A stretch of DNA of 64,000 nt from Candidatus Latescibacterota bacterium (GCA_963791045.1 CAWBQK010000004.1:128008-192007); one strand, 5' to 3'. Numbered from the stretch's first letter, positions 47,172 to 56,873 are shown. Translations and numbers: made by a program. The notes: generated by a model from the sequence alone, not told the origin.

Positions 47172-47873
47172 TTATCGCCCACCGAGAAGGCGAAGATCGG
47201 ACAACGCCAGGGGTTTGGAGGTCAAAAAGGGCTCGCCGAATTCAACGCCGATTCGCCGGCCGTGAATCCGCGCTCTCGCTTCGATAAAACCAGGAAATTC
47301 GGGTGAATTGAGCGGCGTAGGCGCGCGGCCGTCGTCGAGAACAAACTGCGACCGATGCAGCAGAATCGCTTCGATCTTTCTGGGGTGAGTCGTCGTCACA
47401 TCAACTACAAGGTCGGGTTCAAAATCATTCCGTCCGGGATAGACAAGAATATGCTCTGGCCGCCAGGGGTCGGTGTCCCGGTCATAACCGCGGACGCCGG
47501 CAAAATAAAGAGCGCGCTCGGTAAGCCGCCCCCCGGCCGCGTGATCCGGATGCGGGTCATCCGCAGATGGAGCGAGAACGATATCCGGTTTTTCCTCGCG
47601 AATACAACGGACGACTTCCCTGGCTTGTCCGTCGTCTTCGCTTTGGATTCCCGTGTCCGGCAGCCCAAGATTCCGCCTCTTACCCACTCCCATGAATCGG
47701 GCGGCCGCCTCCGCTTCCCCCGCACGTTCATCGCGGTTTCCATTGCTCGAAGACGCCCCATCGGATAAATCGGCAATAACGACATCGTGGCCCTGGTCGA
47801 CGGCGAGGATCACAGTCCCCCCGCAACCCAGCTCCACGTCGTCGGGATGGATTCCAATAGCGAGAATTTTCAT
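47172..47873 (-). CDS. bshB1: Bacillithiol biosynthesis deacetylase (PIG-L family)
   Basis: HPDDVELGCGG, HPDH, HRSQF, GEPF; between bshC and bshA. Confidence 0.88.
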   Translation of the reverse strand: MKILAIGIHPDDVELGCGGTVILAVDQGHDVVIADLSDGASSSNGNRDERAGEAEAAARFMGVGKRRNLGLPDTGIQSEDDGQAREVVRCIREEKPDIVLAPSADDPHPDHAAGGRLTERALYFAGVRGYDRDTDPWRPEHILVYPGRNDFEPDLVVDVTTTHPRKIEAILLHRSQFVLDDGRAPTPLNSPEFPGFIEARARIHGRRIGVEFGEPFLTSKPLALSDLRLLGGR

Positions 47874-49522
47874 GACTTTGATGAATATACAATATGGCTG
47901 ACACGGCCGTCCAACAAATCATCAACATACGCGGCGGCCATTCCGGGCATCCACAGCGCCGCGGACTCGCCCGCGAAGAGATACGGGGTCAATCCCGAAA
48001 GCGTTCTCTCCTGGAGCTTGTCGCCGGGTTTGACGATCGTTCCGATTTCAGACAGGAACGGCCAGCGTTCGAGCGAGGCTTTCCTCCCCGTCTCCAGGAC
48101 GGCGTCGGCCGATTGCGCGGCTCGTTTCCTGAGATCGGATAAACGACCTTTCATACGTCCTGTTGATTTGTGATCCCCGCTCACTTCAATTTCTCGGGCG
48201 AACGAGTCGATCACGCTCATCATTTCGGATCTGAATCGATCCGCAGCCTCGGAAAGTTCACAGGGTAGCGTGTGCTTAAAAACAGACTTTGCGAATACCG
48301 CCGGATTGTTCAACAACTCATCGACGGAAAAGTGCAAATCACCATCGAAAAACGCGCCGAGGGCCGGGGGCAGCATAGTCCCCGTCATTCTGGGCACGCA
48401 CACCGGCACACGGACTCCGAAGCGTTCATAAAGCGGATGGATCTGCGCACGGTATGCAATCTCCGCGGGACCCAACACAACGGCGGCGGGGTTGAATACG
48501 AAGTCCTGGACGAGATTCCTGGCAACGACTCCCGGCGAACAATCCTCGGGATTATCACGAACCGCACGAGTCAACCGCTCCCTGAGATCCGGAGTTACGG
48601 CCTTTCGCACGCCGTTTTCGACAAGGAAGATACCCGAATCTTCGCCGACGGCAAGCTGCGCATGATACCCCCCCGCCACGAGCCTTTTACCGTTTTCAGA
48701 AACCGCCGCCTTTATTTCGTCTTCTTGTTGCACAAATTCGGCAAGGAGAGGCTGAGCAAAACGCCTGACCGACGGGGTCCGCCCGTCGACAACGGCGATT
48801 CTCCCTCCCGTCAGTCCCACAAGCGTCGCCGATGAAAGTTCTCCATGATCGCGCGCTTTGTCAAATGCATCATCCACCACTTTTACGACAAAGCGACCGT
48901 TGTCAAAATCCAGGGCAAAACGCCGGACGCTCTTCCACAACCTGTCGATCCATTCCAGCTCGATGCTCCCTACCGGTACTCCTCCCCGGTGCGCATCCTG
49001 TGAAATCGATACCGAGAAAGGCATGCAATCGTTGTTGAGAAGATCCAGTTCGCGTATTTCAGGGAAATCAGTATCGTCCGAACCACACCAATACAGCGGA
49101 ACGCATGCACGGCCCGTCGTGCGTTCGATGTGGGCAGCGAAGCCGATCGCCGTAAGAATCTTGTAAATCGTGTGAAGCGGTCCGCCGAGCACTCCGGGTT
49201 GTTGCCCGGTGACGACGAACAAGGGCGCCGAGCCCCGCGTCGAACCCATCTTTTCCAAAACATCGTTCGCGGTACCGAGCCGCGAACTCTGTGCCGCGAC
49301 GTCTTCCAGAACACTGTTCCAACCTTCATCGTCGTTCCCTCCGCGCCCCGGCACACCCGTTCCCTTCGCCAGAATCCGCCAGAATTCGGCGTCCGAGGGC
49401 ACACCGGAGAGATACGGCTCAAGGCCTTGTTGCGGATTTCTAATAAAGTCCAGAAATAGCCGGTTAGCACCACCGACCGGATCCATTGGGGTCATTTTTG
49501 TGATTCGATTCATGCAACACAT
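47870..49522 (-). CDS. bshC: Bacillithiol biosynthesis cysteine-adding enzyme
   Basis: VVTGQQPGVLGGPLHTIYK, YWCGSDDTDFPEI, GPAEIAY, LQER. Confidence 0.88.
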   Translation of the reverse strand: MCCMNRITKMTPMDPVGGANRLFLDFIRNPQQGLEPYLSGVPSDAEFWRILAKGTGVPGRGGNDDEGWNSVLEDVAAQSSRLGTANDVLEKMGSTRGSAPLFVVTGQQPGVLGGPLHTIYKILTAIGFAAHIERTTGRACVPLYWCGSDDTDFPEIRELDLLNNDCMPFSVSISQDAHRGGVPVGSIELEWIDRLWKSVRRFALDFDNGRFVVKVVDDAFDKARDHGELSSATLVGLTGGRIAVVDGRTPSVRRFAQPLLAEFVQQEDEIKAAVSENGKRLVAGGYHAQLAVGEDSGIFLVENGVRKAVTPDLRERLTRAVRDNPEDCSPGVVARNLVQDFVFNPAAVVLGPAEIAYRAQIHPLYERFGVRVPVCVPRMTGTMLPPALGAFFDGDLHFSVDELLNNPAVFAKSVFKHTLPCELSEAADRFRSEMMSVIDSFAREIEVSGDHKSTGRMKGRLSDLRKRAAQSADAVLETGRKASLERWPFLSEIGTIVKPGDKLQERTLSGLTPYLFAGESAALWMPGMAAAYVDDLLDGRVSHIVYSSKS

Positions 49523-49535
49523 TCTGGTTTCGAGT

Positions 49536-50264
49536 CTATTTCTCCGAAACGACGATCACACGTTCCGACACCCCGTCGACAAACGGGTTTCGTAAATAGT
49601 CGCCGTAAATAGCGCGAATCTTCAATCCTGCGCTCTCCAACATGACCACAAGCTCACCCCTTGTGTAAAGCCGCAAACGCTCGACAATCTTTTCTCGCTG
49701 ACCGGTCGCCGAATTCACAAGCGATGCGTCTTTAACCAGGTACTTCCCGTGCGTTTCGATTCGGCGTTTCTCATGGATATCGAACCCGCCCGATTCCCTC
49801 CGGGTCTCTTCGAGCAACTGCGCTGACACTCTGGCCGCGTTTATAAAGTCGAGCAAGAAGACACCGCCCGGTTGAAGAATACGGTGAACTTCCCTGAGTA
49901 CGACGAGATTGTCGGTGTCGGCGAGAAAATAACCGAAACTCGTGAACATGTTCAACACGCCGCCGACGCTCTCATCGGCAATCGGCAGAACCCTCATATC
50001 CGCCTGAACGAGCCGTCCCGAGTGCCCCCATTCCTCGACGGAATTCCGCAGTAGATAGTGCGACAAATCGAGGCCAACCGCATCGAAGCCTTTGCGCAGC
50101 AGGGCTTCGAGATAGCGTCCGTTCCCCGAGGCCAGATCGAGGACAGGAGATTTACCTGTAAACAAGTCACCGTACTCGTCGATCACGGCGAGCGCTTCAT
50201 CGAGATTTCTGTGCCCGTAGAGTATCGGGTACATTTGATCGAACGCGGCCTCGTACCATTCCAT
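49536..50264 (-). CDS. Class I SAM-dependent methyltransferase (candidate bacillithiol N-methyltransferase)
   Basis: VLDLASGNGR, GLDLS, QADMR, NMFTSFGYF, LQPGG. Confidence 0.85.
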   Translation of the reverse strand: MEWYEAAFDQMYPILYGHRNLDEALAVIDEYGDLFTGKSPVLDLASGNGRYLEALLRKGFDAVGLDLSHYLLRNSVEEWGHSGRLVQADMRVLPIADESVGGVLNMFTSFGYFLADTDNLVVLREVHRILQPGGVFLLDFINAARVSAQLLEETRRESGGFDIHEKRRIETHGKYLVKDASLVNSATGQREKIVERLRLYTRGELVVMLESAGLKIRAIYGDYLRNPFVDGVSERVIVVSEK

Positions 50265-50285
50265 GTTGACCCTCTCTATTCAGAC

Positions 50286-51893
50286 TTACGCGTATTCGTC
50301 ATCGCTTTTTTGAAGCACGGTGTCACGCAAATATTTCTTGTCATCGCGGCTCGGGTAAGTTTCGGTGAAATGCAATCCACGGCTTTCCTTGCGGATTTTG
50401 GCCGAGCGGATGATGAGTTCCCCGACGAGGACAATATTCCTCAATTCGATAAGATCGAGAGTCAGTTTGTACTTCCAGTAGAGATCCTCCACGGTCTTTT
50501 TGATCTGTTGAATTCTCTGGAAAGCAATGTTCAATCGGCTGTCGCTGCGGACAATGCCAACATAATCCCACATAACACGACGCGCTTCGTCCCAGTCGTG
50601 GTCGAGGATGACCGTTTCGCTTAGTGTTTGAGTGTGTTCTTCGTCCCAGGGGAGCGGATCTTCGATCCGTTCTCCAGGCAGCGTATCGTCGTTCTCAATC
50701 AACCGTGCCGCCCGCCCCGCAAACACCACTGCCTCGAGGAGCGAGTTGCTTGCAAGCCTGTTGGCGCCGTGAACACCGGTGTGGCTCACCTCGCCAAGCG
50801 CGAGCAGATTTCGAAGCGATGTCCGCCCCCACTCGTCAACGTCCACCCCACCACAGAAATAGTGCGTTGCCGGTACCACTGGGATCGGTTCCGCGTGGAT
50901 GTCGATGCCGACATTCATACAGCTTGTGTAAACATAGGGGAATCGCGTCTTGAGAAACTCGCGCGATAGATGGGTCATGTCGAGATACACATTCTTGGAT
51001 CCGGTGATCTTCATTTCGCTGTCGATTGCGCGCGCAACCACGTCCCGGGGTGCGAGGTCTTTTTGTTCGTGGTAATCCGCCATGAACGAGTACCCGTCTT
51101 CTCTGCGGAGCGTCCCGCCTTCCCCTCTGAGAGCTTCTGTGAGAAGAAACGACTTCGCCATGGGATGGTACAACCAGGTCGGATGAAACTGCACGAATTC
51201 CAGATTGGCAACACGAGCGCCCGCGCGGTACGCGATTGCGATCCCGTCACCCGTGGCGACATCGGGGTTCGATGTGTATATGTATGCCTTCCCCGCGCCC
51301 CCCGTTGCGAGGATCGTCCGCTTGGCCGCGTACGCGTCGATGTTGTCCCCCTCGACATCGAGGACATACGCGCCAAAGACGCCTTTACGGACGCTGGAGC
51401 CGGGGTTGCGGAGGTGTCTTTCAGTAATCAGCCCGACGGCCATATGATCCTGCATCAGCCGGACATTGGGATGGGCCTCCGCCTGTTCGTGGAGGATTCT
51501 CTGCAGTTCCTGCCCGGTAAGATCGCCAAAATGAACGATTCGGTTGGCCGAGTGGCCCCCTTCACGGCCTAGCGAGAGCGCCTGTCCCTCCCTCGAAAAC
51601 TCGACACCGAAGTTGATTAGTTCCTCGATTCGCTCCGGACCATCCTTTACGACCATCTCGACGATGTCCCGCCGGCACAAACCCGCGCCGGCCCTCAACG
51701 TGTCATCGATGTGAAGATCGAAGGAGTCCTTGGGATCCACGACCGACGCGATCCCGCCCTGGGCGAGGCGTGTATTCGAATCATCGGTTCCTCGCTTGGT
51801 GACAACCGTCACACTCCCATGGCGTGCCGCCTTGAGCGCGAAAAAAAGCCCCGCGACACCGGAGCCAATGACGAGAAAATCGCTCTTTTCCAT
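50286..51893 (-). CDS. nadB: L-aspartate oxidase
   Basis: GSGVAGL, AQGGIA, REGGHS, QFHPT, TEALRGEG, LAPRDVVAR, HGANRLASNSLLE, ESRGLHF. Confidence 0.95.
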   Translation of the reverse strand: MEKSDFLVIGSGVAGLFFALKAARHGSVTVVTKRGTDDSNTRLAQGGIASVVDPKDSFDLHIDDTLRAGAGLCRRDIVEMVVKDGPERIEELINFGVEFSREGQALSLGREGGHSANRIVHFGDLTGQELQRILHEQAEAHPNVRLMQDHMAVGLITERHLRNPGSSVRKGVFGAYVLDVEGDNIDAYAAKRTILATGGAGKAYIYTSNPDVATGDGIAIAYRAGARVANLEFVQFHPTWLYHPMAKSFLLTEALRGEGGTLRREDGYSFMADYHEQKDLAPRDVVARAIDSEMKITGSKNVYLDMTHLSREFLKTRFPYVYTSCMNVGIDIHAEPIPVVPATHYFCGGVDVDEWGRTSLRNLLALGEVSHTGVHGANRLASNSLLEAVVFAGRAARLIENDDTLPGERIEDPLPWDEEHTQTLSETVILDHDWDEARRVMWDYVGIVRSDSRLNIAFQRIQQIKKTVEDLYWKYKLTLDLIELRNIVLVGELIIRSAKIRKESRGLHFTETYPSRDDKKYLRDTVLQKSDDEYA

Positions 51894-52050
51894 CGTGTAT
51901 TTGTCCTCTGAATAATGAGTGGAGGGACCTGTATCAAGATAATTGAAGGGGTTTTACGTTTGCAATATCAAACGGCCGAACCGATGCAGTTTGCAAGAAT
52001 GGTCCGCCGGTGACACCGCCCTTCATGGCATGCCCATATAAACGACACAT

Positions 52051-52063
52051 TATCAATCAGATA
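52051..52063 (+). promoter_or_regulatory. IHF-like site
   Basis: TATCAATCAGATA, one mismatch to WATCAANNNNTTR, 23 bp upstream of a sigma54 motif. Confidence 0.4.
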
Positions 52064-52086
52064 CAGTGATCATTCCGCGTATCACC

Positions 52087-52102
52087 TGGCATACACATTG
52101 CG
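52087..52102 (+). promoter_or_regulatory. Sigma54 (-24/-12) promoter
   Basis: TGGCATACACATTGCG matches TGGCAYRNNNNTTGC; 55 bp upstream of the lipoprotein ATG. Confidence 0.75.
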
Positions 52103-52157
52103 TATCGCCCCCGTAGATTCTCCGATAATAAACGGTCTTAGTAGGAGGTTGGTTTTA

Positions 52158-52784
52158 ATGAACCGGAAACTCATTCTTTTTGTGCTCGTCGTTGGTGTCT
52201 TCAGCGTGTTTGTCGCCAGCTGCCAAAACGAGTCGGAGGAAAACCGCGCTGTAGTCACCGTCGCTTCGATCAACGGCAATATCCCGTTCTTCAGTGACGT
52301 GATCGAGCAGGGCGATACGTTGTATTTTCCTTCATACCCGACACCATACCTCGCCGACGATTTTGTGCGAGAAGATTTTGTGGTGGTCGGATTCTACAAC
52401 CGCCCGTATAACAACTTCACGACCACCGGCGTCGGCAAGCCTCTCAGCGATTTCTTGATTACACGCTACGCGGTCGAATACCGCCGTGCGGATGGCGGAG
52501 CGGCCGACCAGGTTCCCGCCTCTTTTGAAGGCGCGACCAGCGTCCTGGTACCGTCGAACTCGCTCGTCGAGGCGGCAGTTCTGCTTTGCCCGTATGAATC
52601 AAAGAACACGGCGCCATTGCGCGACATTAGTTATCTCGGCACCGCATGGCCCGACGAAATCCTCACGATCGCGACGATCACGTTCTGGGGACATGAGGTG
52701 GGGACAAACCGCGAGTGGAGTTTTCAATCGTCATTGACGGTAAACTTCGCTGATCCGGTTGTCGAAACCAAAGACGATTTCTAA
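52158..52784 (+). CDS. Uncharacterised beta-rich lipoprotein
   Basis: SD AGGAGG, MNRKLILF...VASC lipobox; start moved to ATG 52158. Confidence 0.8.
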   Translation: MNRKLILFVLVVGVFSVFVASCQNESEENRAVVTVASINGNIPFFSDVIEQGDTLYFPSYPTPYLADDFVREDFVVVGFYNRPYNNFTTTGVGKPLSDFLITRYAVEYRRADGGAADQVPASFEGATSVLVPSNSLVEAAVLLCPYESKNTAPLRDISYLGTAWPDEILTIATITFWGHEVGTNREWSFQSSLTVNFADPVVETKDDF

Positions 52785-52785
52785 A

Positions 52786-52828
52786 CGAGAATTAAGAAAC
52801 CAACCTCAATTCTCGATATTGTTTTTGT
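52786..52828 (+). terminator. Possible terminator hairpin between convergent genes
   Basis: CGAGAATT-14 nt-AATTCTCG followed by a T-rich tract. Confidence 0.4.
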
Positions 52829-52841
52829 TCGAGCGCCTACG

Positions 52842-54029
52842 TCACCGATCGCCTGAAGAAGCCGCGGATTCCATCCGCGGCTTCTCGCATATGGGGATGG
52901 GATCAAAACCGGTTATGCAAAGGCGAAGACGCGCCAGACTCACCTCGACATCCAGACTGCCGACATCTCGCAACTTGACCCAATCCTTCTCCGTCGTCAC
53001 CAGTCTTTCGATCTTGCGCTCCGCCGCAATCGAATTGATTTTTCTGATGTCATCCCGGCCATAACGGTAATGGTCGGGAAACCTCAAGGAGCAAGAAACC
53101 TCGAGGCCTTTGCCCACCAGGGTGGTCTCGAATCTGTCGGGTCGCCCGACGGACGAGACCGCGGCGAGCGGACCTCCCGGCAAGTGAATCGGGGCTCCCG
53201 TCCGGCTCGCCACAAATTCAATCCCCCGCCCAACGCCAAACACGGGAATATCCCGCCCCGTCGTATCGTAAACCCATCGCGTCAACACATCGATTTGATC
53301 GGCGCCTCTGAGGCCGTTGAAACCGATCATGTCGGCGCGTTTCAACTCCACGGGATGTTCGCGGAGACTCCCGGCGGGAATCAACCTGCCGTTCCCTACC
53401 GGGTACTCGGAATCGAGAAGAACGATATCGACATCGCGCCCAACCGCCCAGGTCTGAAACGCGTCATCGAGGACGATGTGACTGGGCTTGAAGAGCGTTG
53501 TAGCCACTTCGATCGCCCGGGCCCTGTCGCGGGAGAATGCCATCGGAAGTTCGGGGCAACGCATCGCCACCATAGCTCCCTCATCGCCCACTGCGGCGGA
53601 GAGTCCCGTCGCGTCCTTGTAAAGAACTCGAACCCCTGTGGGAACCACCCCGCAAAGCGAACCACCCACCGGCACGAGGATCGACACCCCGCTTCCGGGC
53701 TTGTCCGCCTGGCTGCGGAACCCCCGGCTTATATAAACAGGCCGGTGTCCGCGCCAAAGAAGCTGTTCGACCACGTGGATCGCAAAGGGAGTCTTGCCGT
53801 TTCCACCGATCTCGATATTCCCCACCGAAATCACTCTGGCCGATCCAGTCGTTGATTTCCGTTTCGAGCGTCTCGATTTTACCAGATTCGAACCTGCGCC
53901 ATAGAGCCCTGCCAGCGGCGAGAGCACATACGACCAGACGCCCTGTCCGGCAAGACGATCTCCGTTGCGCCGGCCGCCCGGATACAGCACTTCGTATGGT
54001 GTGTCATTCTTTAGAGACATAGCGATCAT
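52842..54029 (-). CDS. lpxK: Tetraacyldisaccharide 4'-kinase
   Basis: VISVGNIEIGGNGKTP, SRGF, GDEG, LDDAFQ, PAGSLRE, FPDHY, TTEKDWVK. Confidence 0.92.
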   Translation of the reverse strand: MIAMSLKNDTPYEVLYPGGRRNGDRLAGQGVWSYVLSPLAGLYGAGSNLVKSRRSKRKSTTGSARVISVGNIEIGGNGKTPFAIHVVEQLLWRGHRPVYISRGFRSQADKPGSGVSILVPVGGSLCGVVPTGVRVLYKDATGLSAAVGDEGAMVAMRCPELPMAFSRDRARAIEVATTLFKPSHIVLDDAFQTWAVGRDVDIVLLDSEYPVGNGRLIPAGSLREHPVELKRADMIGFNGLRGADQIDVLTRWVYDTTGRDIPVFGVGRGIEFVASRTGAPIHLPGGPLAAVSSVGRPDRFETTLVGKGLEVSCSLRFPDHYRYGRDDIRKINSIAAERKIERLVTTEKDWVKLRDVGSLDVEVSLARLRLCITGFDPIPICEKPRMESAASSGDR

Positions 54030-54651
54030 TGATTTCAGTCAATTCCTGAAGGATCCCCTCCAGTTCCTTGCGTTTGTCTTCGACGTCTTCCGGACCCGCG
54101 TCGGACGGCACGTTAAACGGACGTCCAACTCGAATGCTCACCTTTGTAAATGGTTTCGGAAATTCGAACGCGTCCCAGGACCGGAAAACCCAGTGCGACT
54201 TCGAACTGATAGCGGCGGGCACGATCGTCGCGCCGCTGAGCTTGGATATTTCGAGAGGTCCCGGTTTGACCTTGTATCTCGGACCTTTCGGTCCGTCAAC
54301 CGTGAGTCCGAGATCGAACCCTTCTCCGATTTTCGCGACGAGTTCCCGAATGGCCCTCGCACCCCCGCGAGTGCTCGAACCTCGAACGTGGCCAAATCCA
54401 AGCAGGCGAATCGTCTGACCGATGAGCTCCCCATCCTCATGTTCGCTTGCCAGGACGTGAATCTGTTGATTGCGGTACCTGTAACACAGGGGGAGAAACC
54501 GGCCGTGCCAGAACGCAAAAATAACGGGACTCTCACCCCGGCGGGCCTCATCGATAGCATCCTGATCGTGGATCTCAAAACGCCAGGTCCACCCGATCAG
54601 ACGGATGAATCCCGCGGCGAGAAATGCGGTTATGCGCAGACGCAGACTCAT
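54004..54651 (-). CDS. DUF374 lysophospholipid acyltransferase family (LpxJ-like)
   Basis: FAFWHGR, SEHEDGE, VRGSSTRGG, VDGPKGP, SWDAFEFPKPF. Confidence 0.88.
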   Translation of the reverse strand: MSLRLRITAFLAAGFIRLIGWTWRFEIHDQDAIDEARRGESPVIFAFWHGRFLPLCYRYRNQQIHVLASEHEDGELIGQTIRLLGFGHVRGSSTRGGARAIRELVAKIGEGFDLGLTVDGPKGPRYKVKPGPLEISKLSGATIVPAAISSKSHWVFRSWDAFEFPKPFTKVSIRVGRPFNVPSDAGPEDVEDKRKELEGILQELTEINDRYVSKE

Positions 54652-55763
54652 TTGTGGTTGAGGAGTTCTTCGGAAAGTTCCGCGACACGCCGGCTGCCAC
54701 CGTTGCCCTTGAGCGTTTCGCGCAGCCCCTTGAACTTCGCGATCATCTTATTACGTTCTTCCGTGTTATCGAGGAGCCGCAAGGATGCCTCGGCTATCGG
54801 GTCGGGCTGGGCGTCGGCCTGAATAAATTCGGGACACACTTCCTCATCGAGAATAATATTGACCAGCCCGACGTTCCTGATCTTGATCAGCCAACGGGCA
54901 ATCGTATAGTTTATCATCGAAAGCCGGTAAACAATGATAAGAGGAGTCTCGCAAAGAGCCGCTTCGAGGGTCGCCGTGCCCGATGCGACGAGAATAAGCC
55001 GCGACCTCGCCATCACCGCTTTCGAATCCTCTTCCACTTCGACATCGACGGAATTGCGCGCGATTATCTTTTTGTAAATCCGCATTGGAACCCACGGGCT
55101 CCGGCCAACCGAGAACTTCATTTCGGGATGACGTTCCTTTATGCGCTCGGCCGCCCCGAGGAGGGTGGGGAGGATACGGCGCACCTCCGACGTGCGGCTG
55201 CCGGGGAGCAGACCCACTCCCGCTCTCGCCTCCTGCTCCGAAGGACATGGCAACGCCCGGTCCTCCACCAGGGGATGTCCGACAAATTCCGCAGGGATGC
55301 CTCGCGTGTTGAAGAAATCCTCCTCGAACGGGAGGATTACCGCCATTTTGCTCACCGCATTTGCTATCTTTTCGATCCGCCCCTGGCCCCACGCCCAGAC
55401 TTGTGGGCTGATGTAATAAAGCACCGGCACACCGACACGCTTGGCGTGGGTTGAGAGCCGTATATTCAATCCCGGATAATCTACTGGAATAAACAGATCG
55501 ACACCGTCATCGAGCACCTTCTTCAAACCGCGCTCGAGTTTTGCCAAACGTGGAAGGTTGGTGATAACAGCAGAGAACCCGATTATCGCATAGTCCTTAA
55601 TGTGGAAAATGACATCGGCTCCCGCCTCCGCCACCCGGTCACCACCAAAAGCAACAATGCGGGCGTCGGGCATTCTCTCAAGAAGCTCTTTAACAAGGTT
55701 CGCCGCGTGCAAGTCCCCGCTTGCCTCACCGCAGGTCACGAGAATCGTCGGCTTACGTCGCAT
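54648..55763 (-). CDS. lpxB: Lipid-A-disaccharide synthase
   Basis: GEASGD, VDYPGLN, YYISPQVWAW, ILPFE, VGHPL, LPGSR, SGTATLE. Confidence 0.95.
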   Translation of the reverse strand: MRRKPTILVTCGEASGDLHAANLVKELLERMPDARIVAFGGDRVAEAGADVIFHIKDYAIIGFSAVITNLPRLAKLERGLKKVLDDGVDLFIPVDYPGLNIRLSTHAKRVGVPVLYYISPQVWAWGQGRIEKIANAVSKMAVILPFEEDFFNTRGIPAEFVGHPLVEDRALPCPSEQEARAGVGLLPGSRTSEVRRILPTLLGAAERIKERHPEMKFSVGRSPWVPMRIYKKIIARNSVDVEVEEDSKAVMARSRLILVASGTATLEAALCETPLIIVYRLSMINYTIARWLIKIRNVGLVNIILDEEVCPEFIQADAQPDPIAEASLRLLDNTEERNKMIAKFKGLRETLKGNGGSRRVAELSEELLNHK

Positions 55764-55823
55764 CGCAGTGCCGCCACAAAATAAGTATGGTAATAAAGAA
55801 CAAGATGGAAATGATCACCCGTG

Positions 55824-56816
55824 CTATTTGGGCGCCGGGTCGTTCTCAACGATCTGTTGTATTTCGGCGGCCAGGCGCAGGGCCCTGAGACCATCCTCGC
55901 CACTTACTACGGGTTCCGTGCCATTTATGACCGTTGAGCAAAACGAGCTCAGCTCGTTGAACAGCGGTTCCTCGCCTTCAATCAATGTCTCATCGATCTG
56001 GAGAAAATCATGGAGCGAAACGTCGGAGAGCTTGCCCTTGTTCTTCTTGAGCATCTCAACCCCGAGATCGTAGGAATCGCCCTTTTGAAAATGCTTGATC
56101 TTCCCTTCGAAAAGATCGATGGAAAGGTAACGCCGAGGGGAAAACACACGGACCTTCCGCATCGGTTCCAGGGACACCCGGCTCGATGTCAAGTTCGCCA
56201 CGCATCCGCCTTCGAACTCAAGACGGGCATTGACGATATCCGGGGCGTCGGTGAGAATTCCCGCGCCCTTGGCGCGGACATCGATCGGGGTCTTGCCGAG
56301 GAAATAAAGCAGAAGATCGATATCGTGGATCATCAAGTCCATAATCACGGACACATCGATACCGCGGATATTGAAGGGCGCCAATCGATGAATCTCTATA
56401 AACGACGGCGCGTCGATGTACGGCCGGCACTTGCTGATCGCCTCGTTGAACCGCTCGACGTGGCCGATCTGTAGAATGCGGCCCGCTTCAGCCGCCGTTT
56501 TCGTGATATTCTCCGCCTCAGGAACAGATGCGGCTATCGGCTTTTCGAGAAAGACGTGCTTGCCCGCCTTGAGGGCCATTATGGCAACCTCTTCGTGGGC
56601 TACGGTAGGAACCACGATACTTACGGCGTCGACCCCCGCGAGAAGCTCCTCGCCACTCGTGAAACCGGTCGCACCGAACTCGTCGGCGATCTCCATCGAT
56701 TTTTGCGTATCGAGATCAAAACACCCGACGAAATCAACCTCGGGAACGCGCTTCATGATCCGCACATGCTGCTTCCCGAGACGTCCCGTTCCAAGCACTC
56801 CAACTCTGAGTCCCAC
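55824..56816 (-). CDS. Gfo/Idh/MocA oxidoreductase, GnnA-like UDP-GlcNAc 3-dehydrogenase candidate
   Basis: GTGRLGKQH, EKPI, GHVERFN, DLMIHDID; located between lpxA and lpxB. Confidence 0.8.
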   Translation of the reverse strand: MGLRVGVLGTGRLGKQHVRIMKRVPEVDFVGCFDLDTQKSMEIADEFGATGFTSGEELLAGVDAVSIVVPTVAHEEVAIMALKAGKHVFLEKPIAASVPEAENITKTAAEAGRILQIGHVERFNEAISKCRPYIDAPSFIEIHRLAPFNIRGIDVSVIMDLMIHDIDLLLYFLGKTPIDVRAKGAGILTDAPDIVNARLEFEGGCVANLTSSRVSLEPMRKVRVFSPRRYLSIDLFEGKIKHFQKGDSYDLGVEMLKKNKGKLSDVSLHDFLQIDETLIEGEEPLFNELSSFCSTVINGTEPVVSGEDGLRALRLAAEIQQIVENDPAPK

Positions 56817-56873
56817 GGTATCCTCCCGTATATTAAGAACGATTCGGACGTCCGGATACCCCGATGATCGGGG

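Noticed and set aside
56859..56873. CCCCGA-TCA-TCGGGG hairpin after lpxA as a terminator
   Set aside because: No T tract and located mid-operon; at most a stability element
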